Shown here piece after piece: positions 6,898 through 15,279 of a DNA stretch of 26,038 nt. Position 1 is the stretch's first letter; each line of letters opens with the position of its first letter. Location: positions 1-26,038 of IMG/VR virus record IMGVR_UViG_3300046010_008761, one strand, 5' to 3'. The DNA is from a virus. Lineage: Duplodnaviria > Caudoviricetes. The position numbers and the translations under genes were made by a program. The notes below the pieces were generated by a model. That model saw nothing but the letters and a program-made list of their open reading frames with translations. It searched no databases and was not told where the DNA came from.

Positions 6898-9093
6898 TCA
6901 ATCCTTGCTGTCCGCCCATGATTTTCCTCCGCTACTCAAGTCAACTGGTATTCTCATGCTTCTAATTACTCCCTTAATATCAGTAACATCAATTGTGCTT
7001 GCTTCTAACATGCAATCTGCTACCTGCTGTGCTAAATGTTCATGTCCTACTCTTGTTTGAAATAATAAACTATCATGTATTTGTGCGTTCATTTTAAAGT
7101 TATCACTATTAGGTTTCCATACTCTATCAAATACTAAGCGGGTTGCTAGATTAAGAGCTTGTGCATTAGTACCTTGTGGCAGATGCGCTACTAATGCTCT
7201 TAGCACGCTCTTATTCTTAATTGGGTCACCGAAACAATATCGTACCCAACCATAAGGATTTACTAGCATCCTACACTTCAATACTTGCTCTTTAATCCAT
7301 TGCGGATACTCCTTAGATACTACTGGATAGACATTATCAAATAGGTCACCAAGATACTTAGCCACCTGCTTAGGAGTCCAATACTTAGGAAGTCCTAACC
7401 TGGATTGCACTCTAAAGATATTGGCTAATCCCATGCTATCAATAAGAGTTTCCTCACCCATTAGGTAATTTTTACCATGATTAACTGGCTTACCTAACTG
7501 ACGCAACTCCTTATCAACTTGCTCATAAGGTACACCAAAAAACATACTGGCATTAGACTTATGGAAATCCCTATCAGATTCCACGTTATCAATCAGTACT
7601 AAATCACCTGTAATATATCCAGTGTCTCTTGATTCAGCCTGTGCATAATCAGCTTCCATTATCAGGAAATCTTCATCCGCTTGAATGAACCTTTTAATAC
7701 CGCCGCTTCTTGGAATGTTTTGAATATTAAACCCTGTCCAGAAGTGGTGGCTCTTAGACTTATTCCTCCCAGTATCAGTAGTAGGGCTAAGACTATATAA
7801 TACGCGACCATTAAAATGTTTTTCTTCATTGAGGTATGTGCTTACTAATTTAGCGGCTTTAGCATAGTTACTTATCAGTTCAACTAACAGAGCTATGAAT
7901 GGATGCCTATGACTAACTCTATTCATTACTTTAGCATCAGCGTTCTTAACGTCCTTGCAGCCTAGAATATGTAATAGCTTAAGATTCTGCTGAGAACTGC
8001 CAGGATTATAGTTAGCATTACCGATACTAGCACGAAGCTCAGCAAGCGCAGCTTCCTTCTTACTTTGATGCTCAGCTTGTACTTCATAGAACTGCTCATA
8101 ATTTACTGCTAACCCTGTTGACTCCATTAAGAAATTAGGTGCTACTGTTTGGAAGCTTAGCAAGTAATTATGCTTAGCCCATGCTGGCGATTCTACTAAC
8201 CACTGAATGAAAACCCATGCAGTATGCCAAGTATCAAGAGCATTATAATAGTAGAGATCGTAGTTATTACCAGTGTCACCCTCATTCTTCCAGAAGCATG
8301 ACTGACGGATATAAAATGTGGCGATAATATCAAGGGCCTTAGGAAGTTCCGCATACCAAGCATGATGACACAATTGAGTATCAAACATATAACCAGCAAG
8401 AGGGATATTATATCGTTGTAAGTAAGCTGCATCATATTTTCCATTCTGTAGTATCTTAGGTGTTTGTGGTGTGTTATTGAATTTAGCTAGGTATTGATAG
8501 CGGATATGGTAATCATCCTCCTCCAGATTATAAGGAAGTGGCATCACATAGGTGCGAGTAGTCCAGCTGCCTTTGCGCTCATTAAAAACACAAGTGTAAC
8601 TGATACAGCTAATGCTAAGATCAGGCCTAGTCTCGATATCAACAGCACATAAGCTAGCGTTGCTAATGCTATCAAAAGCGACATCATAATCATCCAGAGT
8701 CTCCAGTATTTTCCAATTAAAAGTATCAGTAGTTACCCAGTTAGCTGGTTTCGTAAACTTACTGATATATCTTTCCAGCAAGAATTTACCGTGAGACACT
8801 GTCAGGCATTGCTTAAGAGGATGCACAAAAAGGAAATGCATACCACTTGCCTTATGAGTAACCCAACTACCAGCATAGTTATCAAGAGTCTGCTCTTTGC
8901 TACTAGCCGTATGACATAGTAATGGTATCAGGGATTGCTGAGTTGTTATGATATGAGTAGTGCCAGTCTTACCATATTGCAGCACAATCTCCTCAATGAA
9001 ATCATGCTGCCTAAGTGAGAAGCTACTGACATGCTGTCGTAGATGTGATAGGAAAGGGCGATCAGCCTCAAGTCCTAGAAATAAGATTTTCAT
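6898..9093 (-). CDS. polA: family A DNA polymerase with 3'-5' exonuclease and an extra N-terminal domain
   Basis: ExoI VDIET, ExoII QNGKYD, ExoIII YNALD; TDTGR; motif A EADYAQAESR, motif B RQLGKPVNHGKNY, motif C QIHDSLLF. Confidence 0.95.
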   Translation of the reverse strand: MKILFLGLEADRPFLSHLRQHVSSFSLRQHDFIEEIVLQYGKTGTTHIITTQQSLIPLLCHTASSKEQTLDNYAGSWVTHKASGMHFLFVHPLKQCLTVSHGKFLLERYISKFTKPANWVTTDTFNWKILETLDDYDVAFDSISNASLCAVDIETRPDLSISCISYTCVFNERKGSWTTRTYVMPLPYNLEEDDYHIRYQYLAKFNNTPQTPKILQNGKYDAAYLQRYNIPLAGYMFDTQLCHHAWYAELPKALDIIATFYIRQSCFWKNEGDTGNNYDLYYYNALDTWHTAWVFIQWLVESPAWAKHNYLLSFQTVAPNFLMESTGLAVNYEQFYEVQAEHQSKKEAALAELRASIGNANYNPGSSQQNLKLLHILGCKDVKNADAKVMNRVSHRHPFIALLVELISNYAKAAKLVSTYLNEEKHFNGRVLYSLSPTTDTGRNKSKSHHFWTGFNIQNIPRSGGIKRFIQADEDFLIMEADYAQAESRDTGYITGDLVLIDNVESDRDFHKSNASMFFGVPYEQVDKELRQLGKPVNHGKNYLMGEETLIDSMGLANIFRVQSRLGLPKYWTPKQVAKYLGDLFDNVYPVVSKEYPQWIKEQVLKCRMLVNPYGWVRYCFGDPIKNKSVLRALVAHLPQGTNAQALNLATRLVFDRVWKPNSDNFKMNAQIHDSLLFQTRVGHEHLAQQVADCMLEASTIDVTDIKGVIRSMRIPVDLSSGGKSWADSKD

Positions 9094-9098
9094 AATGG

Positions 9099-9272
9099 TT
9101 ACTTTCTCCCCCTGCTAGGCAGCGGCTTAATATCCTTACTTACTATTACTATACCTTCACCTTTAAGCAGCTCTAAGTTATGAGCTATTACAACGCCAAG
9201 CTCCGCATCAGGAGTCTTATGCTTAAGTTCTGGATACCATTTAATAGTAAGTGTAGCTTCATATTGTGCCAT
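9099..9272 (-). CDS. 57 aa hypothetical protein (not in ORF track)
   Basis: MAQYEATLTIKWYPELKHKTPDAELGVVIAHNLELLKGEGIVIVSKDIKPLPSRGRK. Strong AGGAGG RBS. Fills the gap before polA. Confidence 0.75.
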   Translation of the reverse strand: MAQYEATLTIKWYPELKHKTPDAELGVVIAHNLELLKGEGIVIVSKDIKPLPSRGRK

Positions 9273-9284
9273 AACTGCCTCCTG

Positions 9285-9554
9285 CTATTCCATAAATTCA
9301 ATAAAGAATCTAGCTTCAATACTTTTCTGCTTAGCCAGTTTCATATTAGTAAAGTATCTATTAGGTAATCCTTTTGCTAATGCCCAGCCACTGATACCTG
9401 CGAATACTACAGGATAGGCTACTACTTGGGGTACTGCAAATCCTTCTCGCAAAATATAGTAACCGCCAGCTATTCTTACTAACCCTTCAGGTGCTGTTAT
9501 TAGCATCCACCATTTTCTTATTTGGCGCTCAATGCCCTTAATGCTTTTGCTCAT
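9285..9554 (-). CDS. hypothetical protein
   Basis: 89 aa, GGAG RBS, packed in the operon. Confidence 0.65.
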   Translation of the reverse strand: MSKSIKGIERQIRKWWMLITAPEGLVRIAGGYYILREGFAVPQVVAYPVVFAGISGWALAKGLPNRYFTNMKLAKQKSIEARFFIEFME

Positions 9555-9747
9555 CTGCTGACTCCATTATTGCTATTGCTTCATCTAGTGACATGTATCT
9601 TACCTCGCTTATACTTAGCTGGTAACTTCCTAATCCTTGGCTTTCTACTGTGATTACTGTGTCTCCTAGCTGTTGGCTGTGATTGTTGAACCATAGCTTT
9701 ACTAGCACTTCCAAATCCGCTATTGCTGGTATCTCCTGCGCGCTCAT
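9538..9747 (-). CDS. hypothetical protein
   Basis: 69 aa, ATGA overlap with the upstream gene, GAGG RBS. Confidence 0.7.
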   Translation of the reverse strand: MSAQEIPAIADLEVLVKLWFNNHSQQLGDTVITVESQGLGSYQLSISEVRYMSLDEAIAIMESADEQKH

Positions 9748-9995
9748 ACAGAGTCCTCGCTGTTGCTGCTATCACTAGGCTGTTCAGGCTTAGCATTATC
9801 AGTGCTGCTATTATCAACTTCATCTGATTTCTCCAGTGACTTAAGACATAACTTAGCGATAGCAACAATGCGCTGATTAGCTGCTGCCTTAGCTTCATGG
9901 TATGCAATGGTATCTTTCAATTCAGGTATTGATTTCTTATATAGCTCCTGTCTGATTTCTTTCTTAGTTAATTTTGGTGTTGATACTGCTGTCAT
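9744..9995 (-). CDS. hypothetical coiled-coil protein
   Basis: Probable start ATG 9995 (MTAVSTPK...) after AAGGAG. The track start at 10079 would overlap the upstream gene heavily. Confidence 0.7.
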   Translation of the reverse strand: MTAVSTPKLTKKEIRQELYKKSIPELKDTIAYHEAKAAANQRIVAIAKLCLKSLEKSDEVDNSSTDNAKPEQPSDSSNSEDSV

Positions 9996-10155
9996 TACTT
10001 TTCTCCTTATCTTTATACCAGGTTCTTGATCTTTCTGATTGAACAAATTTAGCGCACTCAACATGGTAACGCCTTGCACGCTGGTTAGTAGTAAGAGGTT
10101 TCTTACATAACTTACATATGATAACTCTTGGTTCTGTGTTACTTACATGTGACAT
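9964..10155 (-). CDS. small basic zinc-finger protein
   Basis: CKLC...YHVEC (CxxC-x13-HxxC), basic C-terminus, GAGGA RBS. Confidence 0.65.
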   Translation of the reverse strand: MSHVSNTEPRVIICKLCKKPLTTNQRARRYHVECAKFVQSERSRTWYKDKEKSNDSSINTKIN

Positions 10156-10193
10156 TACTTTAATCCTCTCAGTTAAGAATGCTAAAATAATGA

Positions 10194-10209
10194 GCCACTT
10201 CCTTGTGGC
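10194..10209 (-). promoter_or_regulatory. CsrA/RsmA-type GGA hairpin (copy 3)
   Basis: Minus strand GCCAC-AAGGAA-GTGGC, a perfect 5-bp stem; a second AAGGATG lies at 10215-10221. Confidence 0.55.
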
Positions 10210-10237
10210 AATATCATCCTTACTACCAGGCTACTGG

Positions 10238-10747
10238 CTAAGCTAAGAAAAGATTCTTGATACCACTATAAACCTTAGCTTCTTCACCATTCTTCTTAGC
10301 TTCGTCACTGAGCTTACTAGTTCTGATATCAGTAACGATATTGAACTTAGCTCCTGGTATTGTTCTTGCAATCTCAGGCAAGCTACCAGAACCGCCAGTC
10401 AGAGTTTTGAATGGTGCCATTAACTGCTTGATCTTGCCTTGTGCAAAGTTAGTGCTACGCTCATCCTTACCTTCCAAGAAGAAAGACCATGATTGAGTGC
10501 TACCAACTTCTGGTAATGTAGCAGTTGCAGGCTTGAATGCTACAATACTTTCCAGCTTAACTGTCAGCTCAATTGCTGCTCTTGTGTCATCGCCAATTTC
10601 AATGTCACGACGTTTCAAGCTAACACCTTCTACGCTATATGTACCTACTGGCCAGGTAACAAACTCAGGAAGATCTGGTAAGTCATCTATCGAGAACTCA
10701 AACATCTCCAATTCATCATTTGCTTGTGCGTTCATTTCAGTTGTCAT
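10238..10747 (-). CDS. putative ssDNA-binding protein (DUF669-like OB fold)
   Basis: Acidic N-terminus FEFSIDDLPDLPEF..PVGTY and a beta-rich body. Near the Sak4-like ATPase and exonuclease. Confidence 0.55.
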   Translation of the reverse strand: MTTEMNAQANDELEMFEFSIDDLPDLPEFVTWPVGTYSVEGVSLKRRDIEIGDDTRAAIELTVKLESIVAFKPATATLPEVGSTQSWSFFLEGKDERSTNFAQGKIKQLMAPFKTLTGGSGSLPEIARTIPGAKFNIVTDIRTSKLSDEAKKNGEEAKVYSGIKNLFLA

Positions 10748-10813
10748 TTTATTTACCTATTAGGTTATTGGTTATAGATTAAAGATTAAAGTTACTACGT
10801 GTTACTGCTATTA

Positions 10814-11713
10814 CTATCTAGTTCTTACTTCTCCTATTGTTGTTGTGAAACCTGCTGCGTTCTTGTGACCGCCGCCCCCAAAATGCTTAGCTAGTACTGT
10901 ACAATCTACATCACCTACTGATCTGAGGCTGCACTTAACAAGCTGCTTAACATGATCGTTACTATAAATAACAGCGATACAATCTGGGTGCTGCTCAGCT
11001 AACCTATTGCCAAGTTCTGATGCTATTGACGCAGGGGCATTACATTGCACAATGTTAATTCCAAATTCATCTACCATAGACTTACTAGCGGTAGCCATAC
11101 ATTCCTGAATCAGCATTTCCTGGGTTGCTATTACTGCTCTGCCTTTAGCATAAGTGTCATGCATCACTTCCAAGTCATCAGTATCGAAAGCATGAACTAG
11201 GAAATCCCAGTAATCGAAAGTGCGCTCTACCAATATCTTATTACTAAGAGCTGCACATATCTCCTTAGTGCCATTTAGCTTGAACTGCCATAGGTCTCTA
11301 TCTTGAATATGACCTAATAGCATTGGCACTTGCTCGCTGATAGCAAAGTATTCCCAAGTCAGAACAGCGCCACTCTTGTTAAGATCATAATGAATATCAA
11401 GTCTTTCCCAGGGTGTGCCATTCTCATTGCAGTAACCGTCAGATTCCACAGCATCAATGAATGTTTTATGATGATCTATAATAGTAATATTAGCTGCCAC
11501 TTCCAACATCTTAGCCACTTGCTCTGGCGGGAAACTGAAATCTACAATATAAATATCCTTACCTACAGTATCTATATGCTCTATGCTGTCACCATAGCTA
11601 ACAGGAAAATAGCTGGCATTATCACCAAAGTGTTTCCATGTAGCATAAGCAGCACCGAATCCATCAAGACAGTGGGCGTGAAACAGGATTATTGGGCTAT
11701 TAGTATCATTCAT
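10814..11713 (-). CDS. DHH/DHHA1 phosphoesterase
   Basis: HAHCLDG, IVDFS, IIDHHKT, QDRDLW, SLRS, GGGGHKNAAGF. Confidence 0.92.
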   Translation of the reverse strand: MNDTNSPIILFHAHCLDGFGAAYATWKHFGDNASYFPVSYGDSIEHIDTVGKDIYIVDFSFPPEQVAKMLEVAANITIIDHHKTFIDAVESDGYCNENGTPWERLDIHYDLNKSGAVLTWEYFAISEQVPMLLGHIQDRDLWQFKLNGTKEICAALSNKILVERTFDYWDFLVHAFDTDDLEVMHDTYAKGRAVIATQEMLIQECMATASKSMVDEFGINIVQCNAPASIASELGNRLAEQHPDCIAVIYSNDHVKQLVKCSLRSVGDVDCTVLAKHFGGGGHKNAAGFTTTIGEVRTR

Positions 11714-11840
11714 AATTATCTGCTCCTGCTAGGCTGTCATCACCATCATCATTGTCATCATCAAGGTAATCTTCTTCATAGATGGATTCCTGATCTTCCT
11801 CGATTTCATCGTTATCATATTCATTTTCTGCGTCAATCAT
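11706..11840 (-). CDS. 44 aa hyper-acidic peptide (not in ORF track)
   Basis: MIDAENEYDNDEIEEDQESIYEEDYLDDDNDDGDDSLAGADNYE. AGGAG RBS, ATGA overlap upstream and ATGAATGA overlap downstream. Confidence 0.75.
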   Translation of the reverse strand: MIDAENEYDNDEIEEDQESIYEEDYLDDDNDDGDDSLAGADNYE

Positions 11841-12790
11841 TTCTTTGCTCCTAATGTGAATGTTGGCTTAGTTACTTGGTTACCTTGGCTGCTAATAGTA
11901 GCTGATACATCTTTTAATACTGCGCTTGCTTGCTGCATCCTATTATTACGACCTACGCCAGCCTCGCCCCTGAATATTGGCAGCAAGCTCATAGCATCCA
12001 TACCTTCTAAGGCTACATCAAGGCGGCTACCTGTAAGGATTCTATTGCTATAACCTGTATCCGAAAATGCTTTGTGTTGCAGATTAATCTTATCCATGTA
12101 GATAACATGTCCGAAATACTTAGCACTGTTAATAGCATAGTTCTTAGTGCCAATACTAGGGACAATACGCACACCGCCATCCTCACGCTCAGCTTCAATC
12201 TCATGCGCAGTACATGCTACATGGAATGGTGCATTCTGAATTCTGGACATGATGCGATTAAGATACTTCATCTGAAACTCATACTCAGCCATGCTATCCT
12301 TATCCTTACGAGATGGCGCCCAGTCCAACTTAATACTACTACCAAGATGCTTATTGCATGTGCTATTGATACTGGTAGTAAGCTGTGAGAGTGAATCGAA
12401 TACTACTATGGTTTCACAACCGCCGTCAGCAATACTGGTTGGAATATGAATGTCAGTCCAGCGATCAACCATGTCCTTAGTGCATCTAGTGCAATCAACG
12501 GTACCATGATCGTCACAGATATGGAAGTCACCACCCATCAGAATCTTATCAATAGTAGCGTGTGCACGAGGCTCATCAATAGTATCAAGCACACTGATAA
12601 GAGTGATGCGTTCTTGTTGCTCCATCGGTAGCTTTAGTAGAGTATCCTTACCAGCTTCAATGTCAAACCAAATAATATTGAATTCTTTACTAAGTTCTCC
12701 TATTAGCTGTGTCTTACCAGTCTTAGGCGGTCCGAATACTAGCGCATGTTGTGGCGCTTTACCGCCAGCTAGTGATGATAACTTAGGCAT
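11837..12790 (-). CDS. Sak4-like (AAA_24) RecA-fold ATPase / annealase
   Basis: GPPKTGKT, WFDIEAG, VVFDSLS, CTAHE; carries a CxxH-x4-CxxC insert. Confidence 0.8.
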   Translation of the reverse strand: MPKLSSLAGGKAPQHALVFGPPKTGKTQLIGELSKEFNIIWFDIEAGKDTLLKLPMEQQERITLISVLDTIDEPRAHATIDKILMGGDFHICDDHGTVDCTRCTKDMVDRWTDIHIPTSIADGGCETIVVFDSLSQLTTSINSTCNKHLGSSIKLDWAPSRKDKDSMAEYEFQMKYLNRIMSRIQNAPFHVACTAHEIEAEREDGGVRIVPSIGTKNYAINSAKYFGHVIYMDKINLQHKAFSDTGYSNRILTGSRLDVALEGMDAMSLLPIFRGEAGVGRNNRMQQASAVLKDVSATISSQGNQVTKPTFTLGAKK

Positions 12791-12986
12791 GTCTGCGCTC
12801 CTGATAGTATTGTTTCTTAAGTTGCTGATACTTGGCTCTAGTGCAGTTTGGCTTTAGGATTGCAGTGTGATAATCTTTTCTCTTTGGGTCGCTATTCTTA
12901 TGTATTAGCTGGCTATCAGATTTAACTGATCTATTAGTTAGTATCATTGCTGATCTTCTCAATCTTTTAGCTACTTTTGTTCTCAT
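12783..12986 (-). CDS. small basic hypothetical protein
   Basis: 67 aa, Lys/Arg-rich, overlaps both neighbours. Confidence 0.7.
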   Translation of the reverse strand: MRTKVAKRLRRSAMILTNRSVKSDSQLIHKNSDPKRKDYHTAILKPNCTRAKYQQLKKQYYQERRHA

Positions 12987-13255
12987 ATCTCTTGTCCTGT
13001 TGCTTGTTTATAAAAGTCTCTTTCTTCTTCTGTTATTGGTTCATCTGATACCATCTTAGCTAGTATTGAATCCACTGTCATACTGTTAGTGTTATTGATT
13101 ATTCCACCTTTGCTGATCTTACCTCCTGCTGATACTAATGCACGCTGAATTTTAATTAGCAGCTTAATGTCATCAGTATCAGATACTCTTGGTGATAATG
13201 CTGATTCTATTGATGCTAACTCATTTGCTGATAACTGTATTCTAACTGTTGCCAC
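12983..13255 (-). CDS. hypothetical protein
   Basis: 90 aa, GTG start after AGGAGGT. Confidence 0.75.
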   Translation of the reverse strand: MATVRIQLSANELASIESALSPRVSDTDDIKLLIKIQRALVSAGGKISKGGIINNTNSMTVDSILAKMVSDEPITEEERDFYKQATGQEI

Positions 13256-13265
13256 TGGCTACCTC

Positions 13266-14171
13266 CTATTCCTCAATCAAATTAATCTGGCTATTAATAA
13301 TCTCTTCTAATGTGATATAGATATCATAGGGTGCTTTGCTATCAATGCTTAATGCTTCATCCTCCTGCTTATGAGTGCCTAGCAAAGCTGCTGTTGGCAT
13401 TGTGCAATTATCCAGGAACTCACAAGAGCGGCCATAACTAACACAGCTTTCACCATGCTTAGGCCACTCACTGTTATTATCATAGAACTGCATAATCTGA
13501 CATTCCATCAGCAAGTCCCTTATCCAAGTGGCTCGCTCAAGGTTATCAATAACAAAGTCATGAGCTACAAACTTATTAAGATAAGTCAGGTATTCATAAT
13601 ACATTACATTGAATGTCTGCAATCCCGGCGCTACTGTATCAAGTACTACTGAATAAGCTATGTTCTGGCTGCTGTTCTGATACTTAGCTGGATTGCTATG
13701 ATTCATACCGCTAGTCTTAAGGTCAACTACTAGGATGCTGCCAGTATGCTTATGCTGCATTACTAAGTCAATATAGCCTCGATAGTAGAAGCCGTCAGGA
13801 AGGCTGATACAGAAACCTAACTCCATTGCTGGCTTACCATTATAGATAAGTATCTCATAGTCAGCTAATGGGGATTCAGGATATAGGAAAGCGAATTGCT
13901 CAATAGCGTTCCAACAATGCCAGAAACTCTTTTCTTTCTTAAACTCATAAAGTTCTAAGCGCCATTCAGTAGCAGCTAATAGCATAGCTTCTTGCAGATT
14001 ACCTGTTGATAGGAATTGTTGGATACCAGTATGGAACATAGAGCCGTACACTGTATCTACTGACACATCGCCAAGATACTCAGGCCACAGCTTTCTTAGC
14101 TGGTATCTTCGCGGACAAGAATGTACAGATAGCACGCTACTATTAGATATTAATTTTAATCTACTATCCAT
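13266..14171 (-). CDS. PD-(D/E)XK exonuclease, Cas4/AddB-like
   Basis: CPRRY, GSMFH, GYIDLV..VVDLKT, Q..AY; C-terminal C-x6-C-x5-C completes a 1+3 Cys Fe-S staple pattern. Confidence 0.85.
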   Translation of the reverse strand: MDSRLKLISNSSVLSVHSCPRRYQLRKLWPEYLGDVSVDTVYGSMFHTGIQQFLSTGNLQEAMLLAATEWRLELYEFKKEKSFWHCWNAIEQFAFLYPESPLADYEILIYNGKPAMELGFCISLPDGFYYRGYIDLVMQHKHTGSILVVDLKTSGMNHSNPAKYQNSSQNIAYSVVLDTVAPGLQTFNVMYYEYLTYLNKFVAHDFVIDNLERATWIRDLLMECQIMQFYDNNSEWPKHGESCVSYGRSCEFLDNCTMPTAALLGTHKQEDEALSIDSKAPYDIYITLEEIINSQINLIEE

Positions 14172-14649
14172 GGTTTACGTACTCCTCTAAGTTGGTTTCC
14201 CTAAATTCTTTTAATACTTTTTCAGCAGTCGCTTTAACTGTAAACATACCAAGATGGTGTACTGTACCCTTTATTGTTACTCTAGCTACCCATTTATTTC
14301 TTTGCCTATTAAAACTTAATCCTTTTATACCAGAGGTATTATTAGACTGTAATCTAGTATTATGTTTGTTTTGACTTCTTGTAGCAAGCCTGAGATTACA
14401 CAACCTATTATCATCTTTAATACCGTTGATATGGTCAACTTGTGTGTCATCAGGAATATCTCCGTGTATAGATAACCAAGCTAATCTGTGTGCTTTATAT
14501 ATCTTACCTTGTATGCCGATTACTATATACCCATCCTTATCTTTAAATCCAGCAACGCTACCATTAAAAGACCTATTATACTGGTTACGTAATCGTATTA
14601 TTCCAGTAGTTGGTTCGTAAACAATGTAATCTAATAAGCGGCTATCCAT
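14164..14649 (-). CDS. HNH homing endonuclease with AP2-like domain
   Basis: YKAHRLAW, QVDHINGIKDDNRLCNLRLATRSQN, NTSGIKG..W.AR..HLG.F. Confidence 0.93.
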   Translation of the reverse strand: MDSRLLDYIVYEPTTGIIRLRNQYNRSFNGSVAGFKDKDGYIVIGIQGKIYKAHRLAWLSIHGDIPDDTQVDHINGIKDDNRLCNLRLATRSQNKHNTRLQSNNTSGIKGLSFNRQRNKWVARVTIKGTVHHLGMFTVKATAEKVLKEFRETNLEEYVNHG

Positions 14650-14893
14650 GACACATGTTACCTTGATAACCTGCTCTTACCGGTGAGATTTTATCATTGC
14701 AACGAGGGTCATACTTGTTAGTGACTACCCACGCATTACCTACTTTGATTGCTGTGTTGTAGTCCATACCACAAGCTTTATTCTTACCAAGGTGCTTTGA
14801 TATAAAGTTATTAGCTGCTTCTAATGTCGGGAATGTAGTTGTAAAATCATATCTTGATGTTGTCTTTAATCTAAATGTGTTCATCTTGTTCAT
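14642..14893 (-). CDS. hypothetical protein
   Basis: 83 aa, GGAG RBS, overlaps both neighbours. Confidence 0.7.
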   Translation of the reverse strand: MNKMNTFRLKTTSRYDFTTTFPTLEAANNFISKHLGKNKACGMDYNTAIKVGNAWVVTNKYDPRCNDKISPVRAGYQGNMCHG

Positions 14894-15279
14894 AATAAAT
14901 TCTCCACTGACTCTATTGTTACCTGTGTTCTGATGCCATGTCTTTCTATTGTTAAGTGCAATTCAATTAATGGTATTAGGTGATTCTCTACAAACCAGCG
15001 CATTGTCTTTGGGCCTATGCCTGTATTGATGGTGCGGTCATAATAGTAAGCTCTCATTCCATCATGTAACCAGTAATGGTCGTCATTAATGAAGTAATCA
15101 ATATCATTATTAGTAACCTTGTGCATATCACTCCTGCTAACTAGCTGCCTAGCAAATCCATATAGCTGATAGAATTCTCTATTAGGACTTACTCTTAACA
15201 GTGCTAATATTAAAGCAATATGCTGTTTAAGTGTTGGTAGCTGTGGTAGCTTATTCATGTCATTATTCAAACATATCAA
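14890..15279 (-). CDS. hypothetical protein
   Basis: 129 aa; the true start may be ATG 15258, just after the upstream stop. Confidence 0.65.
   Translation of the reverse strand: MICLNNDMNKLPQLPTLKQHIALILALLRVSPNREFYQLYGFARQLVSRSDMHKVTNNDIDYFINDDHYWLHDGMRAYYYDRTINTGIGPKTMRWFVENHLIPLIELHLTIERHGIRTQVTIESVENLL

Noticed and set aside
9581-9907. 108 aa + strand ORF with two hydrophobic stretches (holin-like look)
   Set aside because: Antisense to two coupled - strand genes that have good RBSs; no + strand promoter context.
11330-11854. 174 aa + strand ORF with a His-rich tract
   Set aside because: The His run is the reverse complement of the GAT (Asp) repeats in the acidic peptide, and the ORF is antisense to the DHH gene.
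13266-14171. Cas4-like nuclease as a CRISPR component
   Set aside because: No array or other cas genes; the context is a phage recombination module.
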